From positions 236,446 to 300,445 of IMG/VR virus record IMGVR_UViG_3300028805_000037: a stretch of 64,000 bases of DNA. The stretch is one strand, 5' to 3'. The notes under the pieces are model-generated. The model was given only the letters and a program-made list of their open reading frames with translations, did no database searches and was not told where the DNA came from. The translations under genes and the position numbers were made by a program. This DNA is from a virus (taxonomy: Duplodnaviria; Caudoviricetes). Positions 37,346 through 48,800 of the stretch are shown here, piece by piece (the first letter of the stretch is position 1; each line of letters opens with the position of its first letter).

Positions 37346-40279
37346 ATGAAACAATCAATAAATAAAATAAATGTAGCAACAAAAGATTATAGAGGCAGAA
37401 AATCTGTTTTATCTGAAAGAGTGATAGAAGGTGTATCTAATGAATATGATTTAGCTGAAGATTTATTATTAAATATTGATATACCTAAAACTATTATTAT
37501 AGATAAAGTTAATGATAAAAAAATATATTTACCTAATGCACAGACATTACTTCCTGGTTGGAAAATAACAATTATTAATAATGATATTAATGAAGATATA
37601 GAAGTATATTATTATGATTCTAATATATTATTTACTACAGTATCAAAAAATAAAATGACTGAAATATTATTTTTGAATACTGATAATGAAAATGATATAC
37701 AAGGTAATTTTAAAGTAGTTGTTTTATCAGAGCAAGTAGTAAATGATACTGATATATATACAACAAATTTATATACTACTACAGATATTGATTATACAGA
37801 TTTAGGTACAAGTTTTTCATATAATGTATTATTAGCTAAGATAAAGAAAAATAAGATTCTTCAATCTATATATATAAGAAATAAAAATAATTTTGTTGGT
37901 GCTAATGTTAAACTTGATATTGGTATACCAAGTAATACAAAATATTTTTATGAAGGTATAGATTTAACTACAAACACTAATATAAGAGATTTATTTAATG
38001 AAATACTTAATGTTAATAATGATGAATATATAGTAGGAAATTTTTATATTGATAACGCAGTAAGTAATACTTGGAATACTATTACTCCAGCATCACCTAT
38101 ATCAGCAGATATAAAGAATTCATGTTATGGTGATGGTTATTATGTATTTCAAGATGGTACTAATATATATAGTACAAATAATTTAAGTAGTAATATAACA
38201 TTTACTTCTGTAGCAATAAGTACATTTTCTTATGATAGTATATCTGATTATAGTTTACAGTATATAAATAATAAATTTTATTTCTTTGGTGTTAAAAATG
38301 GTAAAATAAGTTATACAACATCTTCTAATGGATCATTATGGGATTCTATATTAATAAATAGTGATATAGAAATTGATACAATAGAATATATAACATATAA
38401 TAATGATAATATTTATATAAAATGTACTAAAGATAATAATTCATATATTATATATATAGATGATATAACAAATATGGCTACTTGGTCACTTTATGAAATT
38501 AAATATAATAATACATTTATTAGCAATATACATAATATTACTTGCGATAATAGTAATAATATAGTAATAAATGCAAATAATGGTACATATTATTCAAATG
38601 ATTATGGACAAACTTGGAATATTATAGAACAATATAGTAATTCAGAAATATATAAATATAAATATTTGAATAATATATGGGTAAGATTTGAATATAATAC
38701 TAGCAATAATATAATAAAATTTATAAATGAATTTAATTCTAATATTAATAATTGGGAAAGTAAAACTCTTGTTGGAGCAAGTAGTAATATAGATTATATA
38801 CTTGATATTAATTATACAAATAATTTATATACTATATTCAGAGCATATAATGCTAGTGATGCTGATCATTTTAATATAATAACAAGTGCGAATTTCTTTA
38901 CAACATTAGTAGAAGCAAATCCAAATTTTGGAATTGATAATATATTAAGTATATGTGGTGATAATAATGGTTATTTATTAACTGGAGAAAATGGTAAACT
39001 TTCATATATGAGTGGAAATTCATCATTTATAGGTTTATCTGCTGGTGAAATAGAATTTATTATTGAATATTCATCAGATATTAATCCAGTTAATTTATTA
39101 AATCCTATTATACAAGGACAAATAATGCCATTAGGAACAATTGTACATTATCCTTTTGGAAATTCGCTTCCTGGCGGTTATGCAAGATTAGATGGACATA
39201 TAGAAATAAATGCAAGAAATAAATATCCTGAATTTTGTAAATTACTTGATGATAACGCTAATATAATGGTATATAATAATTATTCAGATTATGAAACAGC
39301 ATATACTGATAATAATGGTAATGTACCTAAATTTGCTTGGGTTAATAGTACTGATTTAAGATTTCCAAGTATAAATTGTTTTATAAGAGGTTTTACTGGA
39401 GATATACAAAATATTGATTATATAAGTTTTTATAGTGATGGTTTACCAAATATTACTGGTTCTATTATTCCTACAGCAAATTATCCAGTGAGAACAAGAG
39501 ATGCTTCAGGCGCTTTACAAAGTACAAATTTTAATTCAAGAGTAATGCAGCGTGATGAAGGTACATCTTCTTATGATTATGGTATATCAATTGATGCATC
39601 AAGAAGTAGTAATATATATGGTAAATATAGTACTACTTCAGATACAGTACTTCAAAATAAGGTTATTCCTGCACATATAGCTTATCCTTATATAATGGCT
39701 ATATATCATACAGCACAAGAAGTTGGCACATATAATTTACAATCTTTAGGTGAAGAGCTTGATAGATTAAATGCACAAATAGTTATTGCACAATCAGAAA
39801 TTAATGATATGGCAAATAAAGTACCAGTAGGAACAATACTTGCTTATTCTAGTAATGATCTTCCTGATGATAATTCTTGGATGTGGTGTAATGGTACAGA
39901 ACTTTTAAAAGTAAATTATCCTAAATTATATGAAAAAATAGGTAATATATATAATACTTCAGAAACTGATGAAGATCATTTTAATATACCAGATATAAGT
40001 GATAATAGATTTATTGAAGGTGTTAGTAATAATACTAATAGTAAAGTTAATGCTGGACTTCCAAATATAACTGGTGGATGGAGAGAAGATTCAAATGCTT
40101 GGGTTTATGCCGGAGCTATATATGATGCTGGTGAATCTAGTGGTTCTGGTTCTGCAGATGGTGGTGGAGCATCAAAAAGATTTAATTTTGATGCATCAAG
40201 AAGTAGTAATATATATGGAAATTCAGATACTGTACAACCAAAATCAATAAGATTAAGATATATAATAAAGGTAAGATAG
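37346..40279 (+). CDS. Tail fibre with beta-propeller-like region and two tail-collar domains
   Basis: MPLGTIVHY..GYARLDG and VPVGTILAY..WMWCNG..YPKLY; two GLPNITG..DASRSSNIYG units; late motif 37308-37322. Confidence 0.8.
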   Translation: MKQSINKINVATKDYRGRKSVLSERVIEGVSNEYDLAEDLLLNIDIPKTIIIDKVNDKKIYLPNAQTLLPGWKITIINNDINEDIEVYYYDSNILFTTVSKNKMTEILFLNTDNENDIQGNFKVVVLSEQVVNDTDIYTTNLYTTTDIDYTDLGTSFSYNVLLAKIKKNKILQSIYIRNKNNFVGANVKLDIGIPSNTKYFYEGIDLTTNTNIRDLFNEILNVNNDEYIVGNFYIDNAVSNTWNTITPASPISADIKNSCYGDGYYVFQDGTNIYSTNNLSSNITFTSVAISTFSYDSISDYSLQYINNKFYFFGVKNGKISYTTSSNGSLWDSILINSDIEIDTIEYITYNNDNIYIKCTKDNNSYIIYIDDITNMATWSLYEIKYNNTFISNIHNITCDNSNNIVINANNGTYYSNDYGQTWNIIEQYSNSEIYKYKYLNNIWVRFEYNTSNNIIKFINEFNSNINNWESKTLVGASSNIDYILDINYTNNLYTIFRAYNASDADHFNIITSANFFTTLVEANPNFGIDNILSICGDNNGYLLTGENGKLSYMSGNSSFIGLSAGEIEFIIEYSSDINPVNLLNPIIQGQIMPLGTIVHYPFGNSLPGGYARLDGHIEINARNKYPEFCKLLDDNANIMVYNNYSDYETAYTDNNGNVPKFAWVNSTDLRFPSINCFIRGFTGDIQNIDYISFYSDGLPNITGSIIPTANYPVRTRDASGALQSTNFNSRVMQRDEGTSSYDYGISIDASRSSNIYGKYSTTSDTVLQNKVIPAHIAYPYIMAIYHTAQEVGTYNLQSLGEELDRLNAQIVIAQSEINDMANKVPVGTILAYSSNDLPDDNSWMWCNGTELLKVNYPKLYEKIGNIYNTSETDEDHFNIPDISDNRFIEGVSNNTNSKVNAGLPNITGGWREDSNAWVYAGAIYDAGESSGSGSADGGGASKRFNFDASRSSNIYGNSDTVQPKSIRLRYIIKVR

Positions 40280-40288
40280 GAGTAAATA

Positions 40289-40843
40289 ATGAATGCTTAT
40301 CGTTATGATGAAATAACAAAAGAATATAAATGTGAAGTAGAATGCAATATTGATTATGTTGCTTCTGATAAAGCTGGTAAAACTATATATTGTTTACCAA
40401 GTTTTTCTACATTTATAGAACCACTTCAAAAGAAAACAAATAAAGCAATAATATTTAATGGTGAGGCCTGGGAATATATACAAGATTATAGAGGAAAACG
40501 TGCTTATAATGATGAAGGTTTATTAATTATTACATATTTAGGCAAGCTTCAGGGTTCAGATAAACTTTTAACTAAAAAACAAATTCAAGGTCTTGATGAC
40601 GGTACATTAATTTGGAAAGATGGTGAAATAATTGAAAATCCTGGTCCTACTATTCCAGAACAGATAGCTGAATTAGAATCACAAATAGAAGTATTAAATC
40701 AAAAAATGTTAAGAGATATGATTATACTTCAAAATCCTAATGCTTCAGAGCAAGATAAACAAGAAGCACAAATATATTTTAATAGAAAGCTACAACAAAA
40801 AGAAGAACTTGTAGAAAAAATAAATGAACTCAAGAATACATAG
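40289..40843 (+). CDS. Tail fibre assembly chaperone
   Basis: YRYDEITKEY...LP..STFIEP...FNGEAWEYIQDYRG. Confidence 0.75.
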   Translation: MNAYRYDEITKEYKCEVECNIDYVASDKAGKTIYCLPSFSTFIEPLQKKTNKAIIFNGEAWEYIQDYRGKRAYNDEGLLIITYLGKLQGSDKLLTKKQIQGLDDGTLIWKDGEIIENPGPTIPEQIAELESQIEVLNQKMLRDMIILQNPNASEQDKQEAQIYFNRKLQQKEELVEKINELKNT

Positions 40844-40852
40844 GAGAGATTT

Positions 40853-43012
40853 ATGAGTAATAGAAAATTTTCATTAACTGCACAACCTAATAGTATTCCA
40901 TATACAGATGATGAAGGTAATTTTAGTGAATCTTGGAAAGAAAAGTTTGGTGGAGGTGGAAGCGGATCTGCTCTTCAAGTACAAGTTAGTTATAATGATG
41001 ATGTTATAAAAGGTGTAGCAGTAGTTGTTAATAGTAATACTTATACTACAAAAAATAATGGTATTGCTAATTTTACAAATTTACCAACAGGTAATACAGT
41101 AATTCAAGCAAGTAAAGATGGTTATATAAGTAATATAAGTTCAGTATTAATTGAGAATCCTATTGAATTTGCTGATATAATAATGAATCCTGTAACATTA
41201 ACATTTACGGTTACTAATAGTATAAATAACCCAATAAAGGATGCACAAGTTACGGTAGGTACATATAGTGCAAAAACCAATAATGAAGGTATTGCAGTAA
41301 TTAGTACAATTGTTGATGGAACGTATCAATATACTATATCAAAAGAAATGTTTGAAACAATGTATGGTACAGTTATAATTAACAGAGCAAGTGCAGCTGA
41401 ACCTGTTGTAATGTTAACTGCACCGATAAACTGTTATGCAGTTGATGCAGTAACAATGGATGACACCGTAAAAGTAAATGCAGGTATGGGCAGTGCAGAT
41501 GTTGATTATAATGTATATGCTGCAAATACATCAATAACTAATGTATTAACTCTTGATGGACTTGCAAGAAGTTCAGCAAGCATTGGTGAAACAGCAGAAG
41601 TGCGAGTAACTGATTACCAAGAAAATGTTATAACCATAACAACCGACCAAGAAAATGCAGATATACAATTTAATAACGGTAATGATATAAATCAAGCAAC
41701 AATCAACTTAAATCCTATAATAGTAAGACAAAAATATTTAGCATTTACTAAAACTGATAATTCTGTAATTTACTTTAAAGGTTCTGTTGCTCCATTTTCT
41801 GCTGGTGGAAATGCAGTTAATAATACACAATTTACATATTATACTTATGCTAATGGAGTAATGACTTCACATTTAGCTACAACAGCAACAGCAACAACAG
41901 GCAATTCTAATTATCAAGATAATATATTAACAATATACTCACAAACGCAAGTGGTAAATGGTATATTTACAAGAACACCTGAAAATGATGTTATAACAGA
42001 AACGCCAGAAGATTTAACAGATGCAACAATTACAACTTCAAGCTATTTAACAACACCTGAAGTTGTTATACCACGAAACAATTATTGGAACTTTGCAATT
42101 GAAAAAATTGACACAACACAGTGGAAAATGTTTTTTATTGTTGGAGGAAGTTATTTAGATTTACCAAATTTACGTCAAATAGTAGTACCTAATAATACTC
42201 TTGTTAAAATTTGGGGTTTTAGAGCAGATAAAGTATCAAGTCCGCAAGTTACACAATATGTATATTATAGAACATTTACAATTACTAATGATAGAACATT
42301 TAGAAAAATTAAATTCTTTATTACAGACCCTTCAGAACAAAATTTTGATGTTGTTATTACAGTTAATAATGTTCCGTTTGAATTTACAGGTGCTTGCAAT
42401 ATAGAAGCTTATGCTGGCGATGTTATTAACTGGACTGTTAGCAAAAGTGGTTATATAACACAAACAGGTAGTTATACTGTTCCTGATTACCCATTACCTA
42501 CATCAAATTATGAGCAAATACAATCTGTAACACTTGTAGCAAATACTGTAACATTAACCGTTACAGACGGAACAAATAATTTAAGTGGTGTAACTGTTAT
42601 AATCAGTGAAAATACATATACTTCTGATAATACAGGTAAAATTATAATTTCTAATATGAATAATGGTATACATAATTATACTGCAAGTTTAACGAGTTAT
42701 CCAACAGTAACAGGCAGCTTTACGGTAGCTGGTGCAAATTTAACGCAAACCATAGCACTTGCAGAAGGTGAAGTTACATTCACTGTAATTAACAGTTCTT
42801 CAACACCGCTTGAAAATGTATTAATAGCTTTAAATGGTAATAGTTATAGAACAGATAGTAACGGGCAAGTAACCATAAGTAATGTAGATTATGGAATACA
42901 AAATTATACTGTATTTTTAAATGGTTATGCTAAAAAAACTGGTGATACAGTTAATGTAAATGTAGCTACAATAACTAAAACAGTTACACTTGTTGCAAAT
43001 TATAATAATTAA
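40853..43012 (+). CDS. Virion protein with tandem Ig/carboxypeptidase-regulatory-like repeats
   Basis: Repeats of TLTVT...V.V...Y.TD.NG...I....G...YT.SK.GY. Confidence 0.7.
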   Translation: MSNRKFSLTAQPNSIPYTDDEGNFSESWKEKFGGGGSGSALQVQVSYNDDVIKGVAVVVNSNTYTTKNNGIANFTNLPTGNTVIQASKDGYISNISSVLIENPIEFADIIMNPVTLTFTVTNSINNPIKDAQVTVGTYSAKTNNEGIAVISTIVDGTYQYTISKEMFETMYGTVIINRASAAEPVVMLTAPINCYAVDAVTMDDTVKVNAGMGSADVDYNVYAANTSITNVLTLDGLARSSASIGETAEVRVTDYQENVITITTDQENADIQFNNGNDINQATINLNPIIVRQKYLAFTKTDNSVIYFKGSVAPFSAGGNAVNNTQFTYYTYANGVMTSHLATTATATTGNSNYQDNILTIYSQTQVVNGIFTRTPENDVITETPEDLTDATITTSSYLTTPEVVIPRNNYWNFAIEKIDTTQWKMFFIVGGSYLDLPNLRQIVVPNNTLVKIWGFRADKVSSPQVTQYVYYRTFTITNDRTFRKIKFFITDPSEQNFDVVITVNNVPFEFTGACNIEAYAGDVINWTVSKSGYITQTGSYTVPDYPLPTSNYEQIQSVTLVANTVTLTVTDGTNNLSGVTVIISENTYTSDNTGKIIISNMNNGIHNYTASLTSYPTVTGSFTVAGANLTQTIALAEGEVTFTVINSSSTPLENVLIALNGNSYRTDSNGQVTISNVDYGIQNYTVFLNGYAKKTGDTVNVNVATITKTVTLVANYNN

Positions 43013-43031
43013 TTTTTAAGGAGAAATAAAA

Positions 43032-44063
43032 ATGTCAACATCAAAAACAGTAAAAATACAGAAGAACAAAATTTTAACTTATAGTATTAATAAAACAGGT
43101 TATCAAACAGTAAATAAAAGTTTAGTGGTAGCAGAAGATACATCAATTAACGAAGATTTAACACCTACAACAGGTAATCCTATTTTATATTTGTCAGAAG
43201 ACCATCACGATAGAATATTTGATTGTGCAACTTTTGTTTGTTATTTTACACCCTCAGGAACTTATGATGTAGATAGTTTAAAATACATGACTCCAAGTCA
43301 AACTTCAGGAACAGGGCTTACAGATATACAAGTTAATAAGAATTTATGGCTTGCACAAATAGAAACTGTATCATCGATTGAAACGCCAAAAGGTCAGTCA
43401 AAATCTTTTGTATTTACTTATAATGGTTCAGCTTGGGATTTAACAGGTGTAACAACGGTTTCAGGTATTTCTACACAAGATTTAAACGATGTTTATGGAA
43501 TAAGTTATACAGGTACTGAAAGCTCGGGTAATGCTATAACGATAGTTGAAACACAATACAATAAGTTTGCTTGTTATGTATTAGACGCTAATTATAGGGC
43601 TAATCAACAATGGAGTTCAAATGATACTTTAACTATAATGCCTAAACAATATGATTCTAATCCACAAAATTGTTTAGAAAGTGCAACATACTATAATCAA
43701 TATGTTTGGAATAATGCTAATTTAAGTAATTATGCAATATTTAATTTTTGTAAAAATAAAGGATATTTTTTATTACCTAATGGAATAAAAATTAATGCTT
43801 TGGTTCCTAATGGTGTTGAGTTACAAGCTATTTATGATAATAGGGTAGTACTTGATAGCTTTGATCCGATTATTCAAGAAGGCTCAACGAGTTTTAATTT
43901 AACTAATTGGAATTTTCGTGATTCTATTGTTTGGAGTTGTATAGAGAACTCTAGTTATAGCGCTTGGTTTATGGGTAGTAATGGTAGGTTTGATAATTAC
44001 ATTTATAATCATAAGAAAGCTCAAGGTGGTATTGTACCAGTTTTTGAAGTGCCTGTGATGTAA
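43032..44063 (+). CDS. Virion protein with C-terminal C-type-lectin-like (DUF1566/Lcl) domain
   Basis: VPNGVELQAIY...VWSCIE..SYSAW...G...K....VPV. Confidence 0.5.
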   Translation: MSTSKTVKIQKNKILTYSINKTGYQTVNKSLVVAEDTSINEDLTPTTGNPILYLSEDHHDRIFDCATFVCYFTPSGTYDVDSLKYMTPSQTSGTGLTDIQVNKNLWLAQIETVSSIETPKGQSKSFVFTYNGSAWDLTGVTTVSGISTQDLNDVYGISYTGTESSGNAITIVETQYNKFACYVLDANYRANQQWSSNDTLTIMPKQYDSNPQNCLESATYYNQYVWNNANLSNYAIFNFCKNKGYFLLPNGIKINALVPNGVELQAIYDNRVVLDSFDPIIQEGSTSFNLTNWNFRDSIVWSCIENSSYSAWFMGSNGRFDNYIYNHKKAQGGIVPVFEVPVM

Positions 44064-44098
44064 TATTAATTGATAGGGTTAATATATAGTAATATTGT

Positions 44099-44134
44099 TC
44101 TCCAGTATAATTTATATACTGGAGATTTTCTTTT
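44099..44134 (+). terminator. Intrinsic terminator followed by the late motif (44139-44153)
   Basis: TCTCCAGTATA / TATACTGGAGA plus T-rich tail. Confidence 0.75.
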
Positions 44135-44174
44135 AAAAAATTTAAATTTAAAATACATAAGTGAGGTAAATAAT

Positions 44175-44408
44175 ATGGCATTAATAGTAAAACCAACAAT
44201 TTTAATTGATAATGATGATGAAAGTATTGTTTATATTGGTATATGTAGAAATAGTGGAATAACTCAAGCTCCAACTGATAAAGAAATATGGGAAATAACA
44301 AAAATAACTTATCAAGATGAAAAAATAAATAAAATAGAACACGGTATTAATAAAAATAATAGAGTTAATTTAGCTTGGGATAAAAGAACTACATATAATT
44401 ACATATAA
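44175..44408 (+). CDS. Small virion-associated protein
   Basis: Start reassigned to ATG 44175 (GAGGT SD); YIG...W.I.KI...WDKR..Y.Y motif. Confidence 0.65.
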   Translation: MALIVKPTILIDNDDESIVYIGICRNSGITQAPTDKEIWEITKITYQDEKINKIEHGINKNNRVNLAWDKRTTYNYI

Positions 44409-44419
44409 GGAGTAAAATA

Positions 44420-46678
44420 ATGTGGGTATATGATATAGAGAATGGTAAAGAATTATTTTTAATAGGACTTGATGGTATTAATGGCTCTGGCGGTGGCGTA
44501 AGTAAAAAGAAAATAATAATAAAATCCGATGTAATACCTGAAGCAAGTGCCAAGACATATAAGTTAATATATATTTATTCTGGTGAAAGTAATGGTACAT
44601 ATCATCATGGTTATATATATGAATGTGTAGCTGATGTTACTTATGATGCAAAAAATATTTACTTTGATTCACATAATATGGGTTTTGATTACAGAAATGC
44701 AGATCCTTCAAAGAACTTTACTACTGATGGTGAAGCAATGGAAGCATTTTTAGAACTTGTATTAAGAGATAAAGATGTATCTTTTTTACAAGTTACTAAT
44801 GGTGCATTAACACGTAAAGAAACAGGAATGTGGAATGTCCAATTAAAAAATAAAGATGGTAATATATTACTTGATAATTATCAATTAGGTCCTGAAGATT
44901 TAGAAGATTTCGGTTTTGTTTTTTTACAGCAGCAATCTGCTTATGTAGTAGGTGAACCTGAAGATTTTAATTTTGTATGGGAGCAAACATCAATTTCAAA
45001 TTATCGTTGGGAACAACTTAATGTACAACCGAATGGTAGTGGTGGTGATTTAAGTATATATCAGTTAAAAATGAATATGACAAATGACCCTAATAGTACA
45101 TCACAAGGAACATATCCTTCAAGTTATGCATTAAGTGAAGCAGTAAAAGCAACATTAACAGTATTTGAAAACAATACAGGTACAGTACTTGAAACTGGTT
45201 TAACATTAGGTAATTCAGTACTTGTATTTATTAATGGAAGTTTGTTAGAGGCAGGAGCAGAAGCTGATTATACAATAAATGGTAATCAAATTATATTTAG
45301 TATTCCATTACAATCAACTGATAAAGTTACTATAATAAATGGTAATTTAAAAGCAATTGATTTAAGCCCGTATCAATTAAAATTAGGTGCATCCAATGTA
45401 ATTACAATTGGTGAAGGTAATGTAGTTGATGGTGTAAGTGCAGATGGTGGAACAGTAACTGTAACAAAAAACACTACATTATCAACAGTTGCAACAAGTG
45501 GAGATTATAATGATTTAAGTAATAAACCAAGTATTAATGGTGTTACATTAAGTGGAAATAAAACAAGTAATCAATTAGAATTACAAAATATGTCAATTGA
45601 AGTTCAAAATAGTGGAGATGAATTACCATCAGATACGACAGGTTATAATTTAGGAGATAAATTTTTAAATAAAACTGATAAAAAAGTATATGAAGTCAGT
45701 AATGAGTATACATTAAATAGTGGTGTAAATACTAATGGTTTAACTATTAATTATACTACTGGAGAAGTTAGTGGCTTTGATTACGCATATTATATAAATA
45801 GAAATTTTGGAAGTTATAATTATTTATGGTCGGGAAATAAAAACTACACTGTTAAATTTAAATTAACAACATTGAATAATGGAGGTGGGATAATAAGTTT
45901 CCACAATGAGAATGGTCAAGGTCAAGGTGATATTATTGCATTTAGTGTAGACGTTGATAATAAAATATATTATAGTCATTATACAAGAGACTTCGGTTCA
46001 TATGTAATATTATCAAAAGAATTATTATTTAATGAAACGTTATCAGCTAATAAAGAATATGTATTAAATATTAATAAAATTGATAATATTTGTAACGTAG
46101 AATTAGTTTCAGATTCACAAATAATAAACACAGGCCAATTTTCTACACAAGATATAACAACATATACACAACAATGTACTATAAGTTTTGGTAGTGGAGT
46201 TCTAACTAATACACCACTATATTTATCAGGTTCAATATATTTACTTGAATCTTCTGGTGATTTTCTTACATCCACAGGTAATGTTGTATGGAATAGCGGA
46301 ACAGCATTAGTAAATAACACACAATATATAGATGTAAATAAAGATATATTATGGTTATTTAATAACAATGAATTAATGCCATATTCACAAGACCCTTCAA
46401 TAATAATTAACGATAGTGCAACAATTACAGATTTAGCAATACAAGTAAATAAAGTATATAAATTTACCAATGCAAATATAACAAACATTAGCTTTGCAAG
46501 TTGTGAACAGTCGGAACTTGTAACTAAAATAGATTTTACAACTGGTAGTTCAAATGTTACATTTAGTGATGGTAATGTAATTAATTGGGCTGACGGAGAA
46601 ACACCACATTTTTATGCTTACCAACACTATTGGATAATAATAAGTAACGGTGTAGGATTTGTAAAAGAAATATACTAA
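44420..46678 (+). CDS. Tail fibre/receptor-cassette long subunit 1
   Basis: VATSGDYNDLSNKPSING fibre motif; C-terminal ~70-aa domain shared with 54072 and 48801. Confidence 0.7.
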   Translation: MWVYDIENGKELFLIGLDGINGSGGGVSKKKIIIKSDVIPEASAKTYKLIYIYSGESNGTYHHGYIYECVADVTYDAKNIYFDSHNMGFDYRNADPSKNFTTDGEAMEAFLELVLRDKDVSFLQVTNGALTRKETGMWNVQLKNKDGNILLDNYQLGPEDLEDFGFVFLQQQSAYVVGEPEDFNFVWEQTSISNYRWEQLNVQPNGSGGDLSIYQLKMNMTNDPNSTSQGTYPSSYALSEAVKATLTVFENNTGTVLETGLTLGNSVLVFINGSLLEAGAEADYTINGNQIIFSIPLQSTDKVTIINGNLKAIDLSPYQLKLGASNVITIGEGNVVDGVSADGGTVTVTKNTTLSTVATSGDYNDLSNKPSINGVTLSGNKTSNQLELQNMSIEVQNSGDELPSDTTGYNLGDKFLNKTDKKVYEVSNEYTLNSGVNTNGLTINYTTGEVSGFDYAYYINRNFGSYNYLWSGNKNYTVKFKLTTLNNGGGIISFHNENGQGQGDIIAFSVDVDNKIYYSHYTRDFGSYVILSKELLFNETLSANKEYVLNINKIDNICNVELVSDSQIINTGQFSTQDITTYTQQCTISFGSGVLTNTPLYLSGSIYLLESSGDFLTSTGNVVWNSGTALVNNTQYIDVNKDILWLFNNNELMPYSQDPSIIINDSATITDLAIQVNKVYKFTNANITNISFASCEQSELVTKIDFTTGSSNVTFSDGNVINWADGETPHFYAYQHYWIIISNGVGFVKEIY

Positions 46679-46690
46679 TTGGAGTAAGAA

Positions 46691-48343
46691 ATGAACGAAT
46701 TACTTACAATATTAGATACAAAATATAAGAGGTTAGAGTATATTGAAAGTACAGGGACTCAATATATCGACTTAGGTTTAACTGCAAATCAAGATATTAT
46801 AATAAAATGTAGAGTTTCAAATGTTAATTCAGGAACTCAACCTTTTATTGGTTTATCAGATGCTAATAATCTTATTTATGGAATTGGACAACAATCAGAT
46901 GGTAATTATTTGTTTAGTCAATATTACAAAACTATAATAAATAACGGTAGAATAGTATCTGATATAGTAGGTAATGATGGTATAGTAAGAAATTTTGAAT
47001 TACGAAAAAATGAGTTTTATATTGATAATGTTTTAATTGGTTCAATTACTTATCATACATTTACTACACAAAACACAATAAAATTATTTACATTAAATCC
47101 TTCAAGTTCTAAAGCAAGTATCAAAATGTATAATGCACAAGTTCTTGATGGTAATATGAATTTATTGAGAAATATGATACCTGTTATGAGAAAATCCGAC
47201 AACGAAATCGGAATGTTAGACTTGGTAGAAGGAAAGTTTTACCCTAATGCAGGAACAGGGAAATTTACTGCTAATTTAGACACGATGTATGCTTTAATTC
47301 AGGGAACACCGACTGTGCAAGACGGAAGAGTATCAGGGTTTTCAAGTAGTGATTATTTGAAGATAAATCAAACAGTTTCTTTAGGAAGTAGTTTTGAAAT
47401 AGTAACTAAAATAACAACAGGTTCAGATGTAAGCACTCAAACAGTTTTTATTTCAGGTAAAACAAATCAATATTTTAATCTATGTGTCCAAAATGGAAAA
47501 ATACAACAAAATATTGGAAATGGAAGTGCTTGGTTAATAAATGTTACTGCCCAAACATTTGGAATAACTGATATACAGACAAATACATCATATTTAGTTA
47601 AATTTACTTTTGACGGTAGCATATATAAAACATTTATATCAATAGATAATGGAAAAACTTGGATATTAGATTGGAGTTATAGTTCAAGTTCCATAATACC
47701 TAATTGTCAAATTGTTTATGGAGTTTCAAGAAGTTTAATAAATGCTTTTACAGGCACCCTCGACCTCAACCGTTCATACATCAAGATAGACGACACGAAA
47801 TACAAACTTCAGGCGGTGGTGGGGTATAGTCAACCAAGTGGAAGTAGTGTTACGATAACAAATGGAATTGCGAGTGGGTTTTCAAGTAGTAATTATTTGC
47901 AAATTAATAATGGTTTTTCTTTAGAAAAAGATTTTGAAATAGAAACAGAATTTTCTGCAAATAGTGTTACTGCTGGAAATCTTATAACTTTTGTTGGAAA
48001 TAATGGAAATAATTATGGAATGTATATCGATACTAATCAAAAAATACATTTTTTTACACCAATAGCAACTTCAACTTCTACTTCAATAGCTGGAACAACA
48101 ACAATTCCTTTCAATACAATTTGTAAAGCAAAATATGTTCGAAACAAAGACATACAAATTTTGTATTTGGATATTGGTAATGGTTATAAAATAGAAGCAA
48201 CAAGAAATATTACAGGTTTAAATGCACAAAATATTGTTCGCTTTGATATATGTAAAGGTGCAACAGGAATAAACCAAATAAATTTAAACAATACACATAT
48301 AAATCTTAATCACAAACTATGGTTTAACGGATTAGAACAATAA
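46691..48343 (+). CDS. Lectin/ConA-like repeat receptor-binding protein
   Basis: LEYIESTGTQYID...PV.RKSDN..GMLDL; G.PT...G..SGFSSS.YL repeats. Confidence 0.65.
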   Translation: MNELLTILDTKYKRLEYIESTGTQYIDLGLTANQDIIIKCRVSNVNSGTQPFIGLSDANNLIYGIGQQSDGNYLFSQYYKTIINNGRIVSDIVGNDGIVRNFELRKNEFYIDNVLIGSITYHTFTTQNTIKLFTLNPSSSKASIKMYNAQVLDGNMNLLRNMIPVMRKSDNEIGMLDLVEGKFYPNAGTGKFTANLDTMYALIQGTPTVQDGRVSGFSSSDYLKINQTVSLGSSFEIVTKITTGSDVSTQTVFISGKTNQYFNLCVQNGKIQQNIGNGSAWLINVTAQTFGITDIQTNTSYLVKFTFDGSIYKTFISIDNGKTWILDWSYSSSSIIPNCQIVYGVSRSLINAFTGTLDLNRSYIKIDDTKYKLQAVVGYSQPSGSSVTITNGIASGFSSSNYLQINNGFSLEKDFEIETEFSANSVTAGNLITFVGNNGNNYGMYIDTNQKIHFFTPIATSTSTSIAGTTTIPFNTICKAKYVRNKDIQILYLDIGNGYKIEATRNITGLNAQNIVRFDICKGATGINQINLNNTHINLNHKLWFNGLEQ

Positions 48344-48353
48344 GGAGGAACAA

Positions 48354-48797
48354 ATGTTTGGAAAATTAATTGATGGAAATTTAGTAATAGCAGGAAATGA
48401 AATAAAAACAGACAAAGGAACTGTTACAAACCCTTCTGAAACTCTTTTGAGAAGTTTAGGTTACAAAGAAATTGAATATACAGAAAAACCAACATTTAAT
48501 AAAGAAGAAGAAAAGTTAATTGAAACATATAGAGTAGATATAGAACAAACAACAATATTAGTATGTTATGAAAAAGTAGCACTTACTTCTGCAGAACACA
48601 ATGCAATTATTAAGCAGGAAATTGTGGAAGAAGAAAGTAAGATAACAGATAGAAATTATCGTGAAGCAATTAAAGATTTAAAAGCGAAAAAAGAAACAAG
48701 CTATGCACTTGATAAGATAGAAGAGATAGAAGCAAATATTGCAACATTAAGAGCTAAATTACAGCCAGAAGATAATATAAATCAAGACAAGGAGTAA
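48354..48797 (+). CDS. Small tail-cassette protein (paralog of 58490)
   Basis: MFGKLIDGNLVIAGN.IKTDKG..NP. Confidence 0.7.
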   Translation: MFGKLIDGNLVIAGNEIKTDKGTVTNPSETLLRSLGYKEIEYTEKPTFNKEEEKLIETYRVDIEQTTILVCYEKVALTSAEHNAIIKQEIVEEESKITDRNYREAIKDLKAKKETSYALDKIEEIEANIATLRAKLQPEDNINQDKE

Positions 48798-48800
48798 AAA

